Shown: positions 44,598 through 58,941, numbered from the stretch's first letter. The stretch: DNA of 64,000 nt from Eledone cirrhosa (GCA_964016885.1 OZ024746.1:83018001-83082000), one strand, 5' to 3'. The notes: generated from the sequence alone by a model not told the origin. Translations and numbers: made by a program.

Positions 44598-45058
44598 TAG
44601 TAATAATAATAAATTTGAAGACTAAAATCCAAAGAGGGCTCGATAAGGATAAATATATATCAGATATATAGGAACCGTAGAGCAAATAGTTATTAAAATA
44701 AACGTGGTTTTGTCTTTGCGTGTAATTGTTTTCACCGCACCAAATAATTGTTTCTACTATTGGCACAAGGCCAGTAATTACCCAGTGCATTACTGGTACT
44801 TTATTTTATCGACCCCGTAAGGATGAAAGGCAAAGATAACCGCACCAAATAATGACGTATTATCTTCGTTTTTTTTTCGTTCTTTGCCAGGGAACGTTTC
44901 CACGAACCAAAGTATCGTCTTCCTGTCTTCCTTCGGTTGCAACGTTTTTTGAAATATCTACTTCTGCGTTCACAGATTGACTTTTTTAGTTTCAGAAGAT
45001 CCCGTTAAGGGTGAAAGCAGCTATTCTTTGCTTAAACTTTAATCTGTTATTTTAATAA

Positions 45059-45060
<2 letters not shown>
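44598..45060. mobile_element. PLE-like family D element interrupted by a truncated SINE (44749-44838, minus)
   Basis: 15-bp TSD ACCGCACCAAATAAT at 44734-44748 and 44839-44853. HHR variant at 44988-45038 and AATAAA at 45054-45059. Confidence 0.75.
44988..45038 (+). ncRNA. Hammerhead-like motif, A4 variant
   Basis: AGTTT-CAGAAGA-T CCC[GTTAA]GGG T-GAAAGCAG..TTGCT-T-AAACT. All three stems are intact. Confidence 0.6.
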
Positions 45061-45091
<31 letters not shown>

Positions 45092-45987
45092 CAAAGAGAG
45101 GATGGAATTTGCGAAAGAAAAGAAATAGTCGTTAGATAGAAAACGAAATACACGGCACAGACACTTCATAAATTTGTGTTAATATTGTAAGTAATCCAAT
45201 ATGAAAATATGTGTTTCTAAATCATCTTGAAGTGTACCAAGAAATTAAAGACAGTAATAAAATATAGATGCTTTTTTCATCCGATCCCCAAATAATGATT
45301 AATGAAGTAAAAATGGATGCAAGATTTGAAAAATTGCTGTTTAGAAAAAAAAATGAATTGTGTACTTTTCGAATATGTTATGCTTTATAATCCCCGTATG
45401 GAAATATTCACCGATAAAAAATCTCGAGAATAAGAAAATATGGACTGTAAATTATTGAGAATGAGAAAAGAGAACCAATAATAGAATTGGTAAATGGGAA
45501 ATAGAGAAAATAGTATTTGGTTTGCTATATTTCTAATCTCGTTAAACTGGTGAAACTGTTGTCAGATGAACTGAGTTTTTGTTTTTTTGATAGAAACAAA
45601 TTACTAGTTTTTAAAAAAATGCTGGTTTTTCCATATTTTAAAAACTTTTTTTTTATTTTTTCATTTCATGCGTTATCCTGTTGCTGTACTATTGCTGTAA
45701 AATGGTAGATATTGACTAAAAGATAAAATCTCGATATTAGGTGGAGATGGTATTTTTTCATGTTTCGTTTTATTTGGGGGCCTGCAATTCAAAACATTTT
45801 TCTTACCCGGAAGAAGTGAGGTATATTTTCTCCAATTTTTATGAGTATAGTGGCTATGTTTCTATTGCCTCAGCAAAAGTGCAATGACCTTCAGATTTCC
45901 ACTGATATTCTACAATAAGCAGCAAGAATACATATGAAAATAGGCTTTGCCAAATTCTCGAATGGTTTACTAGTAGTATTTAACAGC

Positions 45988-46330
45988 TTTTGTTACACGG
46001 GTGGCCTAATTAGTAGTGGTGGGCTGTGCATGCTCTAAAAGTACAGTAGCAGGAATAAGAACCGGTTGGGAAAAGTTCAAGGAACTATTATCTCTGCTTG
46101 CTGGGTACAAAGCATTTCTCTTTCAGGGTGAAGGATAGGCTGTATGACGCTTGTCTGTGAAGTGCGATGCTGCCTGGAAGCGAAACTTCGGACTTGAATG
46201 CAAAAGAATTGCGAAAATTGGAAAGAAATTAAGGGAACATGTTCCGATGGATGGGTAATAGTAGTGAACGACTATGCATTAAGGAACTGATAGAAAAACT
46301 CGGTATAAGAAGGATCAGATATTACTCGAC
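45988..46330 (+). pseudogene. RTE-clade LINE ORF2 remnant
   Basis: Frameshifted translation FCYTGGLISSGG..GIRTGWEKFKELL..RVKDRLYDAC..MLPGSET..LRKLERN..MFRWM. Confidence 0.75.
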
Positions 46331-46466
46331 AGTGAGATGAACTGAGATAATGTTGAAAAATGTTCTATGTCCAGAATTTGGACGAAACACCAGTATAGGA
46401 TTTCAACTAATGAGCTATGTATGATCCAGCAGTACAATATATTATTTACTAGTCCAGATCATCGCT

Positions 46467-47790
46467 ATAATTGTTTCTACTTTTGGCACAAGGCTAGCAA
46501 TTACCACAGTGCATTACTGGTACTTTATTTTATCGACCCCGTAGGTTGAAAGGTTAAGTTAGCCTCGGAGGCATTTGAACTTAGAGCGTAAATGGCCATA
46601 ACTCTATGCTGCAAAGCATAGAGTTATGTCTGACACTCTACCGATACTGCCAATCTACCGTCCAATAGAGATTTATAAGACTAAAGTATTTAAAAAGATT
46701 CCATCTTAAGACCATGAGTTACTATGCGTACCATGGGATGTCAATCAGTTTCCCGGTGATGGTAACTGATTATAATTCTATTTATTGACCTCATTTTCAT
46801 TCTTCCACGAATTTGAGATCTTGCGTAAATGCAACACCAAAAGAAAATTACTTCATTATTCTAAAAAATAAATAGATTTATAAGAAATTTATTTAGTACA
46901 CAGCAAGCCCGAATAGTTAAGAAGTTCGCTTCAAAATCATAAAGTCATGGTTTCATTCCCACAGAGTGTCATTTTGAGCAAGTATTATTTTTTCCCGCCG
47001 AGGTTAACTTTGCCTTTCATCCTTACGGGGTCGATAAAATAAAGTACCAGTAATGTACTGGGATAATTGCTGGCCTTGTGCCAAAAAGTAGAAACAATTA
47101 TTTATTATAGCCTCAAGCAGTATCAGTAGAGCGTCGGAAAAAATGCTTTGCGGCATATTGTTGCAGCGCTTTATGTTCTGAGTTCAAATCCCGCCGATGT
47201 TAGCTTTGCCTTTCATCCTTACGGGGTCGATAAAATAAAGTACCAGTCACGCACTGGGGTCGATTTAATCGACTTTCTTCTCCCACAAAATATTACTGTC
47301 CATCTGCATAAAGTAGAAATCATTATTTATTATAGCCTTAGGGCGGTGGATTGGCAGTATCGGTAGAGAGTCGGACACCATGCTTTGCAGCATAGTTACG
47401 TCCCTTTACGGTCTGAGTTCAAATCCCGCCGAGGTTGACTTTGCCTTTCATCCTTACGGGGTCGATAAAATAAAGTACCAGTAATGCACTTGGTAATTTC
47501 TGGCCTTGTGCCTAAAGTAGAAACAATTATTTATTATAGCCTCGTATCAACCCATGCATTGTGAGTGAAACTGTGACAGACGAAAACTGTATGGAGCCCT
47601 GACTGATTGACTGTACCTGTAATTCAAAGGGTCCGCCTTGTCACACACACACAGTGTTGCTCTGAATCTCCCGGATAATTACGTTAAGGGTGCACGTATT
47701 TGCGGAATACTCGGGTACTTATGCGATAATTTGATGAGCAGGTTATTCCATAATCAAGCAACTGAAGCAATTATCGTCGAAACCGACGAG
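46467..47790. mobile_element. SINE cluster: one minus copy (46467-46660) and three plus copies (46993-47530) nested in an older SINE of a second family
   Basis: TTATTATAGCCT is repeated after each copy. The host SINE is split into ~46910-46990 and ~47530-47790. Confidence 0.8.
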
Positions 47791-48069
47791 GGTCCATCCC
47801 ATTCCATACTGATATATTTACATTCTAAAGCTCTTTAGTTGGCTTTAAACCATTTTTATGCTAGCCATATTAGAACACTGCGTTACGTTCTTGTGGTCTT
47901 TTAGTACATTTAATTTTAAAGGGAAAAAAAACACGAACATATTTTAGTAGTGGTACATGTTGCTGGTATATTTAACTATAAAGTATAGTTCTTCCAAGTA
48001 GAAAGCTATAACACATATATTTATCGGGAAGCAACGATGCTGCACATACATTTGTAAGTATTATGTACC

Positions 48070-48123
<54 letters not shown>

Positions 48124-48319
48124 CACACACACACACATATATATATATAAATATGTGTGTATGTATATACACACACACACAGACACATATATATATATAT
48201 TTATATATTTATATATATCTATATATATTTATAGGTTTGTGTGTGTGTACAAATACACACACACACAGGCATACATACATATGTGTACATAGGTATCTAT
48301 GTCTGTCTACAAGTACGTG

Positions 48320-48358
<39 letters not shown>

Positions 48359-48923
48359 ATATATATGTGTGTCTGTATGTACGTATGTATGTATGTATGT
48401 GCGTTTTTATGTTTATGTGCGCATGTGTACTATTTACAGATATGGAATAAAAAGTCGGTGAAGTGTTGTCTATTAAAGGGATGTTGTCATATTTTTATTT
48501 TATACATTTTTTATATTACAGGTCATCATTATTATTTTTGTTTTTAATTTTTTTCCTATTTCACCGGTGGTTTCGTTTTATAAAGATGTGTAGAAAGGGG
48601 GATAAAAGAAGAAGCAAACCTCTTTAATAATTATTACTTTTAAGCTCGTAATTCATTCTGTGGAGAATATGATATACCTATATGACAAACAGTAGATAAA
48701 ATTGCTCAATGAAAAAGTGAAAAAAAAAAAAATTACATGCACTTATAAAAAGATATATATTTGTGAGTATATGTATGCTAAAATACCTATAACTATATAT
48801 ATTTATAAAAAAGAGCACACACACACACCACACAACACACTCTCATACAAATATACAACTCTCATACAAATATACATAAACATCACATATATATATATAT
48901 ACACACACACACTCACATGCTTA

Positions 48924-49085
<162 letters not shown>

Positions 49086-49217
49086 AAGAGAGAAAGCGAT
49101 GTATATGAAAACGTATACAGTAGATTTATGTAAAATATACATACATAGAGTCGCACTGTGATATTTTAAGGCATATATACATGTATTTCAGGAATCGTTA
49201 TTTATCTTCACCAATAT

Positions 49218-49252
<35 letters not shown>

Positions 49253-49353
49253 AAACATGAGAAGAAAGAAGAATACGGCGTGGTTTCACATGGGTTACAT
49301 ATGATAAAAACAGTCCTTCGTCAGTGATTTGCCAACCATCATTGATATTTCAT

Positions 49354-49392
<39 letters not shown>

Positions 49393-49435
49393 ATAGATAG
49401 ATAGATATATATAAATATATATATATATATGTGGG

Positions 49436-49466
<31 letters not shown>

Positions 49467-49605
49467 GATTGGAAAGTAGGTGGGCCCGCGCAAGCGTGGG
49501 AAAATAGTTAATAAATGAAACAAAACAAAACATACACAGGAATGCAAAAGCATACAGTTATATTAGGTTCACGCTTGGAGGAAATGGAGGAGGGTTCAAT
49601 GTTTC

Positions 49606-49880
49606 TTGTCTCCCTTTTTGATAATTGGGATTACCTCTCCCGATTTTCGTTCCTTGGATGCCTTTCTAGATATTGAAGTCATCCGGTACACACGAGTCAG
49701 TCAGAGAATATCTTCTCTATTTAAGTCGTTTAAACATCTCGGGCCGAATTTCATCCTCCCAGCGACCTTGCCATATTTGAGCTCTTTAATTGTTCTTGAG
49801 ACCTCAGCCGCCGAGAGATTATTCATTACTCCCAGATGCACGGCGTGTTCACCAGAAGCTTCTGTAGTAATTTAGGAGAT
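49606..49880 (-). pseudogene. RTE-clade (Expander/Rex3-like) reverse transcriptase fragment
   Basis: Frameshifted translation AEVSRTIKELKYGKVAG/DEIRPEMFK/..L*LTRV..GEVIPIIKKG. Confidence 0.75.
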
Positions 49881-50162
49881 CAGCAAAATATTCTCTCCAC
49901 CTCGAGAGGATGCACCTCTCCGAAGAGAGGAGAACTCCAAAACCATTCCTGATAGATGGTGTGGAGGAGAACTTCGTATTACTCTTTATCTTTCTATTTC
50001 ATCTTTTATTTCTAATTCTATCTAGTGTCCGAAACGTTAAGACTCTCTTCCTGTTATTTCAAGCGTTAAGCTAATATATTTCTTCAATGTACTGTGTTAT
50101 TTTCTTTGTTAATTGTGTTTACTTTTTACACACACACACACACACACAGGATATATATATAT

Positions 50163-50233
<71 letters not shown>

Positions 50234-50248
50234 CATATATATACATAT

Positions 50249-50367
<119 letters not shown>

Positions 50368-50424
50368 ATATACACATATATATTATATATATATACATAC
50401 ACACTCATACACACACACACATAT

Positions 50425-50484
<60 letters not shown>

Positions 50485-51457
50485 ATATTACTATTTGCCA
50501 TTCTATGAAGTGGGAACCACTACTGCATTAGATAATGCAGTTCTAGGTACTCCTACAATGACAATATAGTCACGGCTAGAAATGCCCTTCATCATATATA
50601 TATTTAGGTTTAACCAGCGAGGGAGGCTGTATGTGGTCAGCCGACCGACTAGAAATTGCAACCAAATCTCCCTTCAATGAACTCCCACCCTCATCCATAC
50701 ACAGACAACTCCCTTGAAAACGGGGGAGGACACATTATATAATATAGTTGTGGAGCTCAAAAACAAGAACTACAACAATAAACAAATATATCATATAGAA
50801 ACGAATGAAGCTTCAATGGTTCCATTACCGTTCCTTCTCTACCTTTGTTTTAATATTAAATATTGATTTCTAATTGTTGGTATCATGCCACAAATGTGTC
50901 AGAAAATGAATGGTATCGATTGAATTGACGGCAGTACAGTACTGACACCTATTTTATCGCCTCCTGCAGATAAAAGGAAAAACAAAATTGACCTTCCGTG
51001 AAATTTGTTTAAAAACAATAAAAGAACGTGACTAAATATTGCATGAAACACCATCAGTTACTCTACTGCCTTAGACATTTCTAGATGCCCTTTCTGCTAT
51101 TCTATTGTATATATGTATGGAGTCGTAGCTCCTGATCGTGTTGTAGGGGGCGTCGTCGTGAGATATAGTGTGTCTTGGGTACTTTCATCCAGTCAGAGCC
51201 TATCCTTTCTCCACGTCTGAACGCAGTCGATTTCCTCCAGAGAAGGAGAAAGAGGGTGTGAGAAACAGGAAGTGAGAAATATAGATAGATATAGAGGAGG
51301 ATTCGACTCTGTACTCGAATGGATGAAATGTAAAGTTGACCTCGGCGGGATTAGATTCAGAGAGTACAGAGAGCCGGGACAAATATCACAAAGCGTTCTA
51401 TCTGACGTCCTAACCATTCCGCTACCTATTTGTCATTCTATTGATCTAGATAATAAC

Positions 51458-51492
<35 letters not shown>

Positions 51493-51576
51493 TTTTTTTC
51501 AATTATGCAAACTAATAATTCATAAAAACAGAAATTTCCCAGTTTGTATGATTGATATCATATACCTTGTAATCCT

Positions 51577-51670
<94 letters not shown>

Positions 51671-52039
51671 ATTCGCAGACCAGACAGACCCCTTCTTCCT
51701 CCCGTTAGACCTGTGCGAAATTCCTTCCTTGCTCACATTTCAACCAGGTTTGATGGTCTTTATTCTCTCGTTCACGATTTCACCGAACTTAAATTCATAG
51801 AAATCTGGGACTTGTCTCCTTCTTCCTCACTTTCTGTTGCCTCACCATTTTGTTTGTTTACCCTCGCGTCCCCTTTATTTACGTGTCCCAACGACTTTTT
51901 TTAGCCGTTGCTCGCACCAACCGGAGGTATATGGTCTTTAAAGCGATGAAATGCCTATGATAGTTGGAAGATCACTGATGAAGGACAAACTTTTTTCATA
52001 TGTAACCCATTTGCAACTCCGCAGCGCCTTTATTATCAT

Positions 52040-52126
<87 letters not shown>

Positions 52127-52376
52127 GCTTACTAACTCTGGATACCAAATTATGTACATTCAATGCTATTACCATCATTATTGATGGTAATCCTTGTATA
52201 TACAGCATACCGACCTTGGACACCCAAAATTATGTACATTTAATTCTTCTTCTTCTTCTTCTTCTTCTTCTTCTTCTTCTTCTTCTTCTTCTTCTTCTTC
52301 TTCTTCTTCTCCTCCCCCTCACCCTCCTCCTCTTTCTTCTTCTTTTTAAAACACATATTTCTAATATTATTTGCCT

Positions 52377-52490
52377 ATCCTGCCAAGGTTAACTTTGCCT
52401 TTCATCCTTACGGGGTCGATAAAATAAAGTACCAGTAATGCACTGGGTAATTGCTGGCCTTGTGCCTAAAGTAGAAACAATTATTTGCCT
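52377..52490 (+). mobile_element. 5'-truncated tRNA-SINE with TSD
   Basis: ATTATTTGCCT at 52366-52376 and 52480-52490. Confidence 0.85.
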
Positions 52491-52910
52491 TTCATGATGA
52501 TGATAATCATGATCATTATGGCTATGATGAGCATGTTGTTGACCATGTTGTTCATGATAATCATGCTGCTGCTGCTACTGATGATGATGATGATGATGAT
52601 GATGATAACGAGGAGGAGGAGGGGGAAGAGGATTAAGGGGAGAATAAAGAGGATGAAGAGAAAAATTATCCTGATGATGATTGTTCAGAGAATGAAAAGA
52701 ACTGAAAAATAATGCAATAGTAGCAACAATAATAGCAGCAACAATAACATCAGCAGCAGCAACAGCAGCAACAGCAGCAACAGCAACAGCAACATATGTA
52801 GCAGCCAGCAAACAACAATATGTTAGAATAGAAATGGAAGACAAAAGCTAATAAAAAATATTATTTTTAATAATAATTACAACAACAACAACAATAATAA
52901 TGATGATAAC

Positions 52911-52959
<49 letters not shown>

Positions 52960-54039
52960 TAAACAAAAGCCGTATGTAGTAAAAAAAAAATAGATACTAA
53001 AATGATATATATATATACAAAAATGTCGATTGATCGCGTCGGTTAGTCTTAAGTTAATTAAGTGAAGGAGAACATTTAGATGAAGAATTTTCATTTAATG
53101 AATGATAACACAATTAAGCGATTTTTACCTAAATTGCTTACTACAATTCATGTTTGACTAGGAATCGATGAATGCTGATGAAAATACCAATATTTAGACA
53201 GGGCGTGAGAAATGTTTTGAATAAAATGAATGAAAAACGAAAACCTAACGAGGAGAACAATATCGATAGCACAACACGTTTAAATTGAAATGATTGGCAT
53301 ATTAAAAAAAAAACGAAACGAAAGAGTTTATTAAAGTAAATAGCTAGATACTTTATTTTCATTTGTTTTTCGTTTTATTTATGTTTTTTTTTGTTTTGTT
53401 TTGTTTTGTTTTGTTTTGTTTTTCTTTGTTATCATTATCATTATTGTGTTGTTGTTTTATCAAATTAAGTTATAGAATTCGTAAACAAGAGCATTTCATT
53501 TTCATATGATAGTAGCTGTCATCATGTAATGTTATTATTTAACCTTTGATGAGTCGTTGAAGCTGATTATGTGCACATACATACATACGTACATTCATAC
53601 GTGCATACATACATACATATATACATACATACATACGTACGTAAATACATACATACATACGTAAATACATACATACATACATACATACATACGTAAATAC
53701 ATACATACATACGTAAATACATACATACGTACATACATACATACATACATACATACATAAATACATACATACGTACGTAGTACGTAAATACATACATACG
53801 TACGTACATACATACATACGTAAATACATACATACGTGCGTACGTACGTACATACATACATACATACATATGTAAATACATACATACGTACGTACATACA
53901 TACATACATACATACGTACGTACATACATGCATACGTACATACATACATACATACATACAGGCGTACATACATACAGGCATACATACACAAATATGTGTA
54001 TGTATATACGTATGTATATATGTATATATACATGTATGT

Positions 54040-54645
54040 CAGGTCACCAGTTGGTGCTACTGGTAACATGTATCCCAGTACAACCTGTCTCATGGTCGGG
54101 TCGTTGGCGACTAAACTGGCAACCCCACCAAGGTTTCTTGGTGAGGAGGGTGACTTTGGACATCCTGCAGGACTAAAAACAAAACCTGTCAAAGGGCAAA
54201 GGAGCTCTTAAGAGTCAATGGCCATCCAAAATCACCGGGAGAGATGACCCCTTAGCCTTTGTCAAGGCAGAATTCTAGGAGAAGGAAAACTCTGATATAA
54301 CACCTGCAACCCTGATGGTATCCAATGATGTTGACTTGTTCTTCTTTTTGGTAAATATCATCTTGGTTAAGAGAGTGGGACTGGCTTTGTGCAGTGCCTT
54401 TGCTCACTATAAAAGCTTCACGGCACAGGCATTGCTTTATATCTGGAGATCTCTCTGCACTTGTCGTCACATGGTACCATGGGCCCAACACTATGTGTCA
54501 ATAATTGTCACAAGTGTAGTCTTTGTGCCAGAGTTTTCAAGTCGCTGGCTGGACTAAAAAGTCACACTCGTTCAGCGCATCAGTAGGGGTTCTCCTACAT
54601 GGATATAAAGTAGTGGCCGTACTCGAAAACGAGTTGGCAGCCACC
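54040..54645 (+). mobile_element. ~600-bp non-autonomous RTE-like element (5' UTR-like head, C2H2 remnant, 3' UTR, (TA)n tail)
   Basis: 54515-54586 encodes CSLCARVFKSLAGLKSHTRSAHQ*. Two other copies share the 3' end GCAGCCACC(AT)n and are 5'-truncated. Confidence 0.7.
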
Positions 54646-54865
54646 ATATATGTATATATATATGGTGTGTGCGTGTCTGTATGTATGTATGTATGTATGT
54701 ATGTATGTATGTATGTATGTATGTATATATATATATGGTATGTGCGTGTCTGTCTGTATGTATGTATGTATATATGTATACATAGCAAGAAGTGAGGTTC
54801 ATGTCTTCAGAGTTATGCGTGTTCCAATTTCTCTTGAAACAACGCTGTTCCCGAATAACACATTT

Positions 54866-54942
54866 AACTAATAGTTAATTAATAGTTAATTAATAGTTAA
54901 TTAATAGTTAACTAATAGTTAATTAATAATTAATTAATAGTT
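54866..54942. repeat. 11-bp tandem repeat TAATAGTTAAT (~7 copies)
   Basis: Direct observation. Confidence 0.85.
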
Positions 54943-55147
54943 CATTCTTAATTAAGAATTCATTATCAAATTTAAATTTAGAGCTAAATGTTCATGTGAT
55001 AATAGTTATAATAAATGTTGTACTACTTAATTGCTTCCATTTTGGGTACTAAGCACAAAAAGTTCTGTTTACAGAGGAAGTGAAAAGTAGAAATTTTAAT
55101 GTAAATTCGTTCCTTCAAGCATTAACAGAATAAATCATCCGAAATAT

Positions 55148-55550
55148 CTTCTTCTTCTTCTTCTTCTTCTTCTTCTTCTTCTTCTTCTTCTTCTTCTTCT
55201 TCTTCTTCTTCTTCTTCTTCTTCTTCTTCTTCTTCTTCTTCTTCTTCTTCTTCTTCTTCTTCTTCTTCTTCTTCTTCTTCTTCACCCACTTATTCCTGAG
55301 AGGATCGTAGGGGCAGAGTACTTATACACTCCTTCCAACGGGTCCTGTCAGAAGCAACCGTCTCCAACTGATCCGGCTGGATCCTCAAGCATGACAAGCC
55401 AAGCTCTTGGATGTTATCCAACCATCTTGCTCGGGGGTGGGGTGGGTGGGGGGTCTACCCCTGGGTCTCTTGCCGGTTGGTTTTGCCCGTAAAATCTGTC
55501 CAGCGATTCTTTCCTGAGACTCTAACTACATGCCCATAGTATCGGAGCTG
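55148..55550 (-). mobile_element. RTE LINE 3' end with (GAA)n tail
   Basis: QLRYYGHVVR..GKRPRGRP..RARWLDNIQELG..DRTRWKECISTLPLRSSQE* is followed directly by (GAA)n at 55148-55283. Confidence 0.85.
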
Positions 55551-55780
55551 TTATACAGCAAATATTTGTTTCAACTGAGTAGAAGTATATATTTCATATG
55601 TCCCAATTTATTGTCTTTAATAAGTCTGGAAGTATAGAACACGTGTCGTTCATATCTTTTCTAAGAGCATTAATAAAAGGGAAAAACCTAATACTTTCTA
55701 TTGAAATCAATTGGTAAACGCCGGTTGGTTTGGAATTTTCCCTGTCTATAACTCTGACTTGTGACTATGCCTGCCTATTG

Positions 55781-55974
55781 CAGACCTGTCAACTCTCCCC
55801 GTCCGACGGAGAGATCTCCCACCCACTTTGAGGTGGGTGAGAGATGTCTTCTCTAGTGAAAATGGGTATAGCTTTCATTATGTAAAATCTCCCCATTTTG
55901 CCTGATTTCTCCCCGTTTTGAGGCACTTTTTTCATGGTACTCCCCGTTTGGGTTTTTAGAGGTTGGCAGGTCTG
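55781..55974. mobile_element. MITE with 13-bp TIRs
   Basis: CAGACCTG(T/C)CAAC at both ends, with flanks CTATTG/CTATTA. Confidence 0.6.
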
Positions 55975-56229
55975 CTATTAGTTTGAAAGTTGCGAGTCCT
56001 TACTCTTTCGTATGTGTTGTGTGCATCAAGAGAAATTATATCTCTTTTCTATATAGATTTCTTATTAAAATACCATTATTATATTTTTTTATACGAAAAC
56101 TGTTCCAGCATTCGAAGTTCAAATCCAGCCACGACAGATATTGTTATTCAATCCTTTGATGAATAGATTAGATGTCTCATTGAAGCAAAAATGGATTTTT
56201 TTCTGTCGGAAGCTATTGATACTTGAGTC

Positions 56230-56412
56230 AAATAATTGTTTCTACTATTGTCACAAGGCCAGCAATTATCCAGTACATTACTGGTACTTTATTTTATCGA
56301 CCCCGTAAGGCTGAAAGGCAAAGTTAACCTCGGCGGGATTTGAACTCAGAATGGCAAGGGCCGTAACTCTATGCGTCAAAGCATGGCGTCCGACCCTCTA
56401 CCGATACTGCCA
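56230..56412 (-). mobile_element. tRNA-SINE copy
   Basis: Near-identical to 3262-3456. Confidence 0.9.
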
Positions 56413-58897
56413 TGGGGATTAATCAATGGTTTAAAGTGAGTAATTAACAGAAGACAATAAATTTAAATGACACTTGCTAAATATCAAAATTGATGAAAGA
56501 GGATATGAGGATATAAACAAAGGCTACTATCATTTAGGAAAGTTCATCACCATCAGCAGCTAGCCTCTGCTCTCAGTAGGTTGAATAGCATGTATTGTTC
56601 TAATGCTACCCATGGTTAACTATGTTTGTTCCAGTCTACGGTGGTGAATTTGTAGAATTACTTGAGCCTCCGACGGGATGCCTTACGTGTGTTCCAGATC
56701 TTTGCATTGGTAGACATACCTTCTACATGTAGAGTGAACATGATACTCACTTCGTTAGTAAAGAAAAAGGGACTGGATGATGGGTCAACTGATGAGAACC
56801 GGTAGAAGGGATGTGAGCAAGGGTGAATATGCAGCGGTCAGTGACCTAAATAGAAACACGTGCGTATACATGGACGCTTGCACTAACACAAATGGCATCA
56901 AGAAAATGGCGGCTACGACGATTTGTTATGAGGAGAAAGTAGAAGATTATAAGAAAGAAAAAATGTCAATAGCAGCTATAAGAATATCTGCCGTGTAAAG
57001 CAATACCACCGAGCAGAGGTGGTCTCTAGAGTGGCCTAAAGTATTAAAATATCAGATCACGATATTTTAATTTTAATTAAAGACAGTCTGTGTTTTGTTA
57101 CGGAGATTAAGAAGGTGTCCCCCCGAATCGATCAACTAAACGGTAGCTCGTCTTGTCAAAATACAGCGTGTTGCAAAGATTGCAAGCAATGCAGTTGTTA
57201 TTGTTGTTATTGTTCTGACTCAGTCTATATCAACTTTGATTAAGCAAACCTATAACCATCCGTGGCTATATTATCTTTTAGTGAGACGCAGTTTATCTAG
57301 GACTGCATTATCCAATGTGTTTTTCGTTTCTTTTAAAAATGGCAGCGATTGATTTAAGAGAGATTTGGCTGCTTTATTGGGAAATCAAGTAACCACATAC
57401 AGGTTCTCCAGTTGTCTAGTAAACAATGCAATGATTGGTCTTCCTCACTAAGTCTGCCATGATCAAACAGCCCTATGATCAAACGCATTCCAACTGTCAC
57501 ACGGCCATCCTATCTCGTTAAGAATATGTAGATCTACAATATTTCTGTGGAATTTGGCTGGTATTTTCGTTAATTGATTGTTAGCGACTCTCAAAACAAA
57601 AGGAATATAATTTCAAGAAATTAAGAATTGATTTATTCTTTTACCTATTCGAGCTAATGGGCTGTAGCTGTGCTGTGGTATTACCTTAAGGCAGAATTTA
57701 TTTATACACTTGCCTTCTGCCATCAAACAAAGATAAGATTTTCTCTCTAAGTATGTAAATTAAGTTCATGAAAGTAATTCTTTTTATTCGTTTTACTAGT
57801 TTCAATATGTAGCTACATCATTTTGCTTTCTGAGTTAGCTTTTTATCTTTCCGATGAAATAATTCAAGTACTGGTAATGGATCAATGTAATTGACTGATA
57901 CCTTCTCACAAATATGTGTGGTTTTGTTCCTAAGCTGGAATCAAATATATCACTTAGACACAGAAAACCAGATAACCCAGGGAAGGAAAAATGAACGTGT
58001 GCGATATTCATGCCTTTCTAAATGGTATAAGTGGATACATGATGTAAAATAGCTCCAATTGGAAACCAAAAGCTGGTCTAAGGTACTGTGTGTGCTTGCC
58101 TAGAGTACAATAATCCAGCTAATTCATTAAATCTTCTAGTAAACATATTTTTATAGCTCAGTTAGAATGAAGAGCAACACCCATGAACCTTTAATTTTCC
58201 AGAATCTGAGAGACTGGATGGAGCGAGGGATGTTAAACCCGGTGACGGATTAAGTCTACAACCCAAGTAGGACACAGTATGATTTGAATTCAGATCCTAA
58301 AAAGGTGGCTCAAATATCGCTGTAACGACTCCGCCAGTGTGTCACCTTTTGTCGCTACTTTATTCACCGACCTCGGAAAAATTGGAGGCAAAGTTGGTCT
58401 CGGTAAAATTTTAACTCAGAACAAAAAGCGTTAGAATAAATACCACAAGGTATTTCTTGTTTGTCGCTCTATTTTGCAAATTCACTATAATAATTCTTTC
58501 TAGCATTGACACAAGATCATCAACTTGAGGGGAGGGAAAAGTCGATTATAACGACCCTAGTAGTTAACTGCTGCTTATATTTTATCGACCCGAGAAGGAT
58601 GAAAGAGATTCGAAGTAAGAACGAAGAAATACTAACAATCCATGGCCCTGTAATTCACTATAAAATAATAACAAAAATAGAGGTCTAAGGAACGTGTCCA
58701 AGCTAGAACCTTCAGATGCCACCACGTTAATGATATCAAAACATGTCAGGTTAGGTTAGTGGCACCGAGAAAAATATTTGTAATTTTAACGTTTCCAATA
58801 CCAAATCAGATTTTTTTCTGTGAGAAAATGTTGCTAGCCTCTCGCTCCTCGATCTTTCTCAATTTCTGTAGAAAACACACGCCGAATGTTTCCTCCA

Positions 58898-58941
<44 letters not shown>

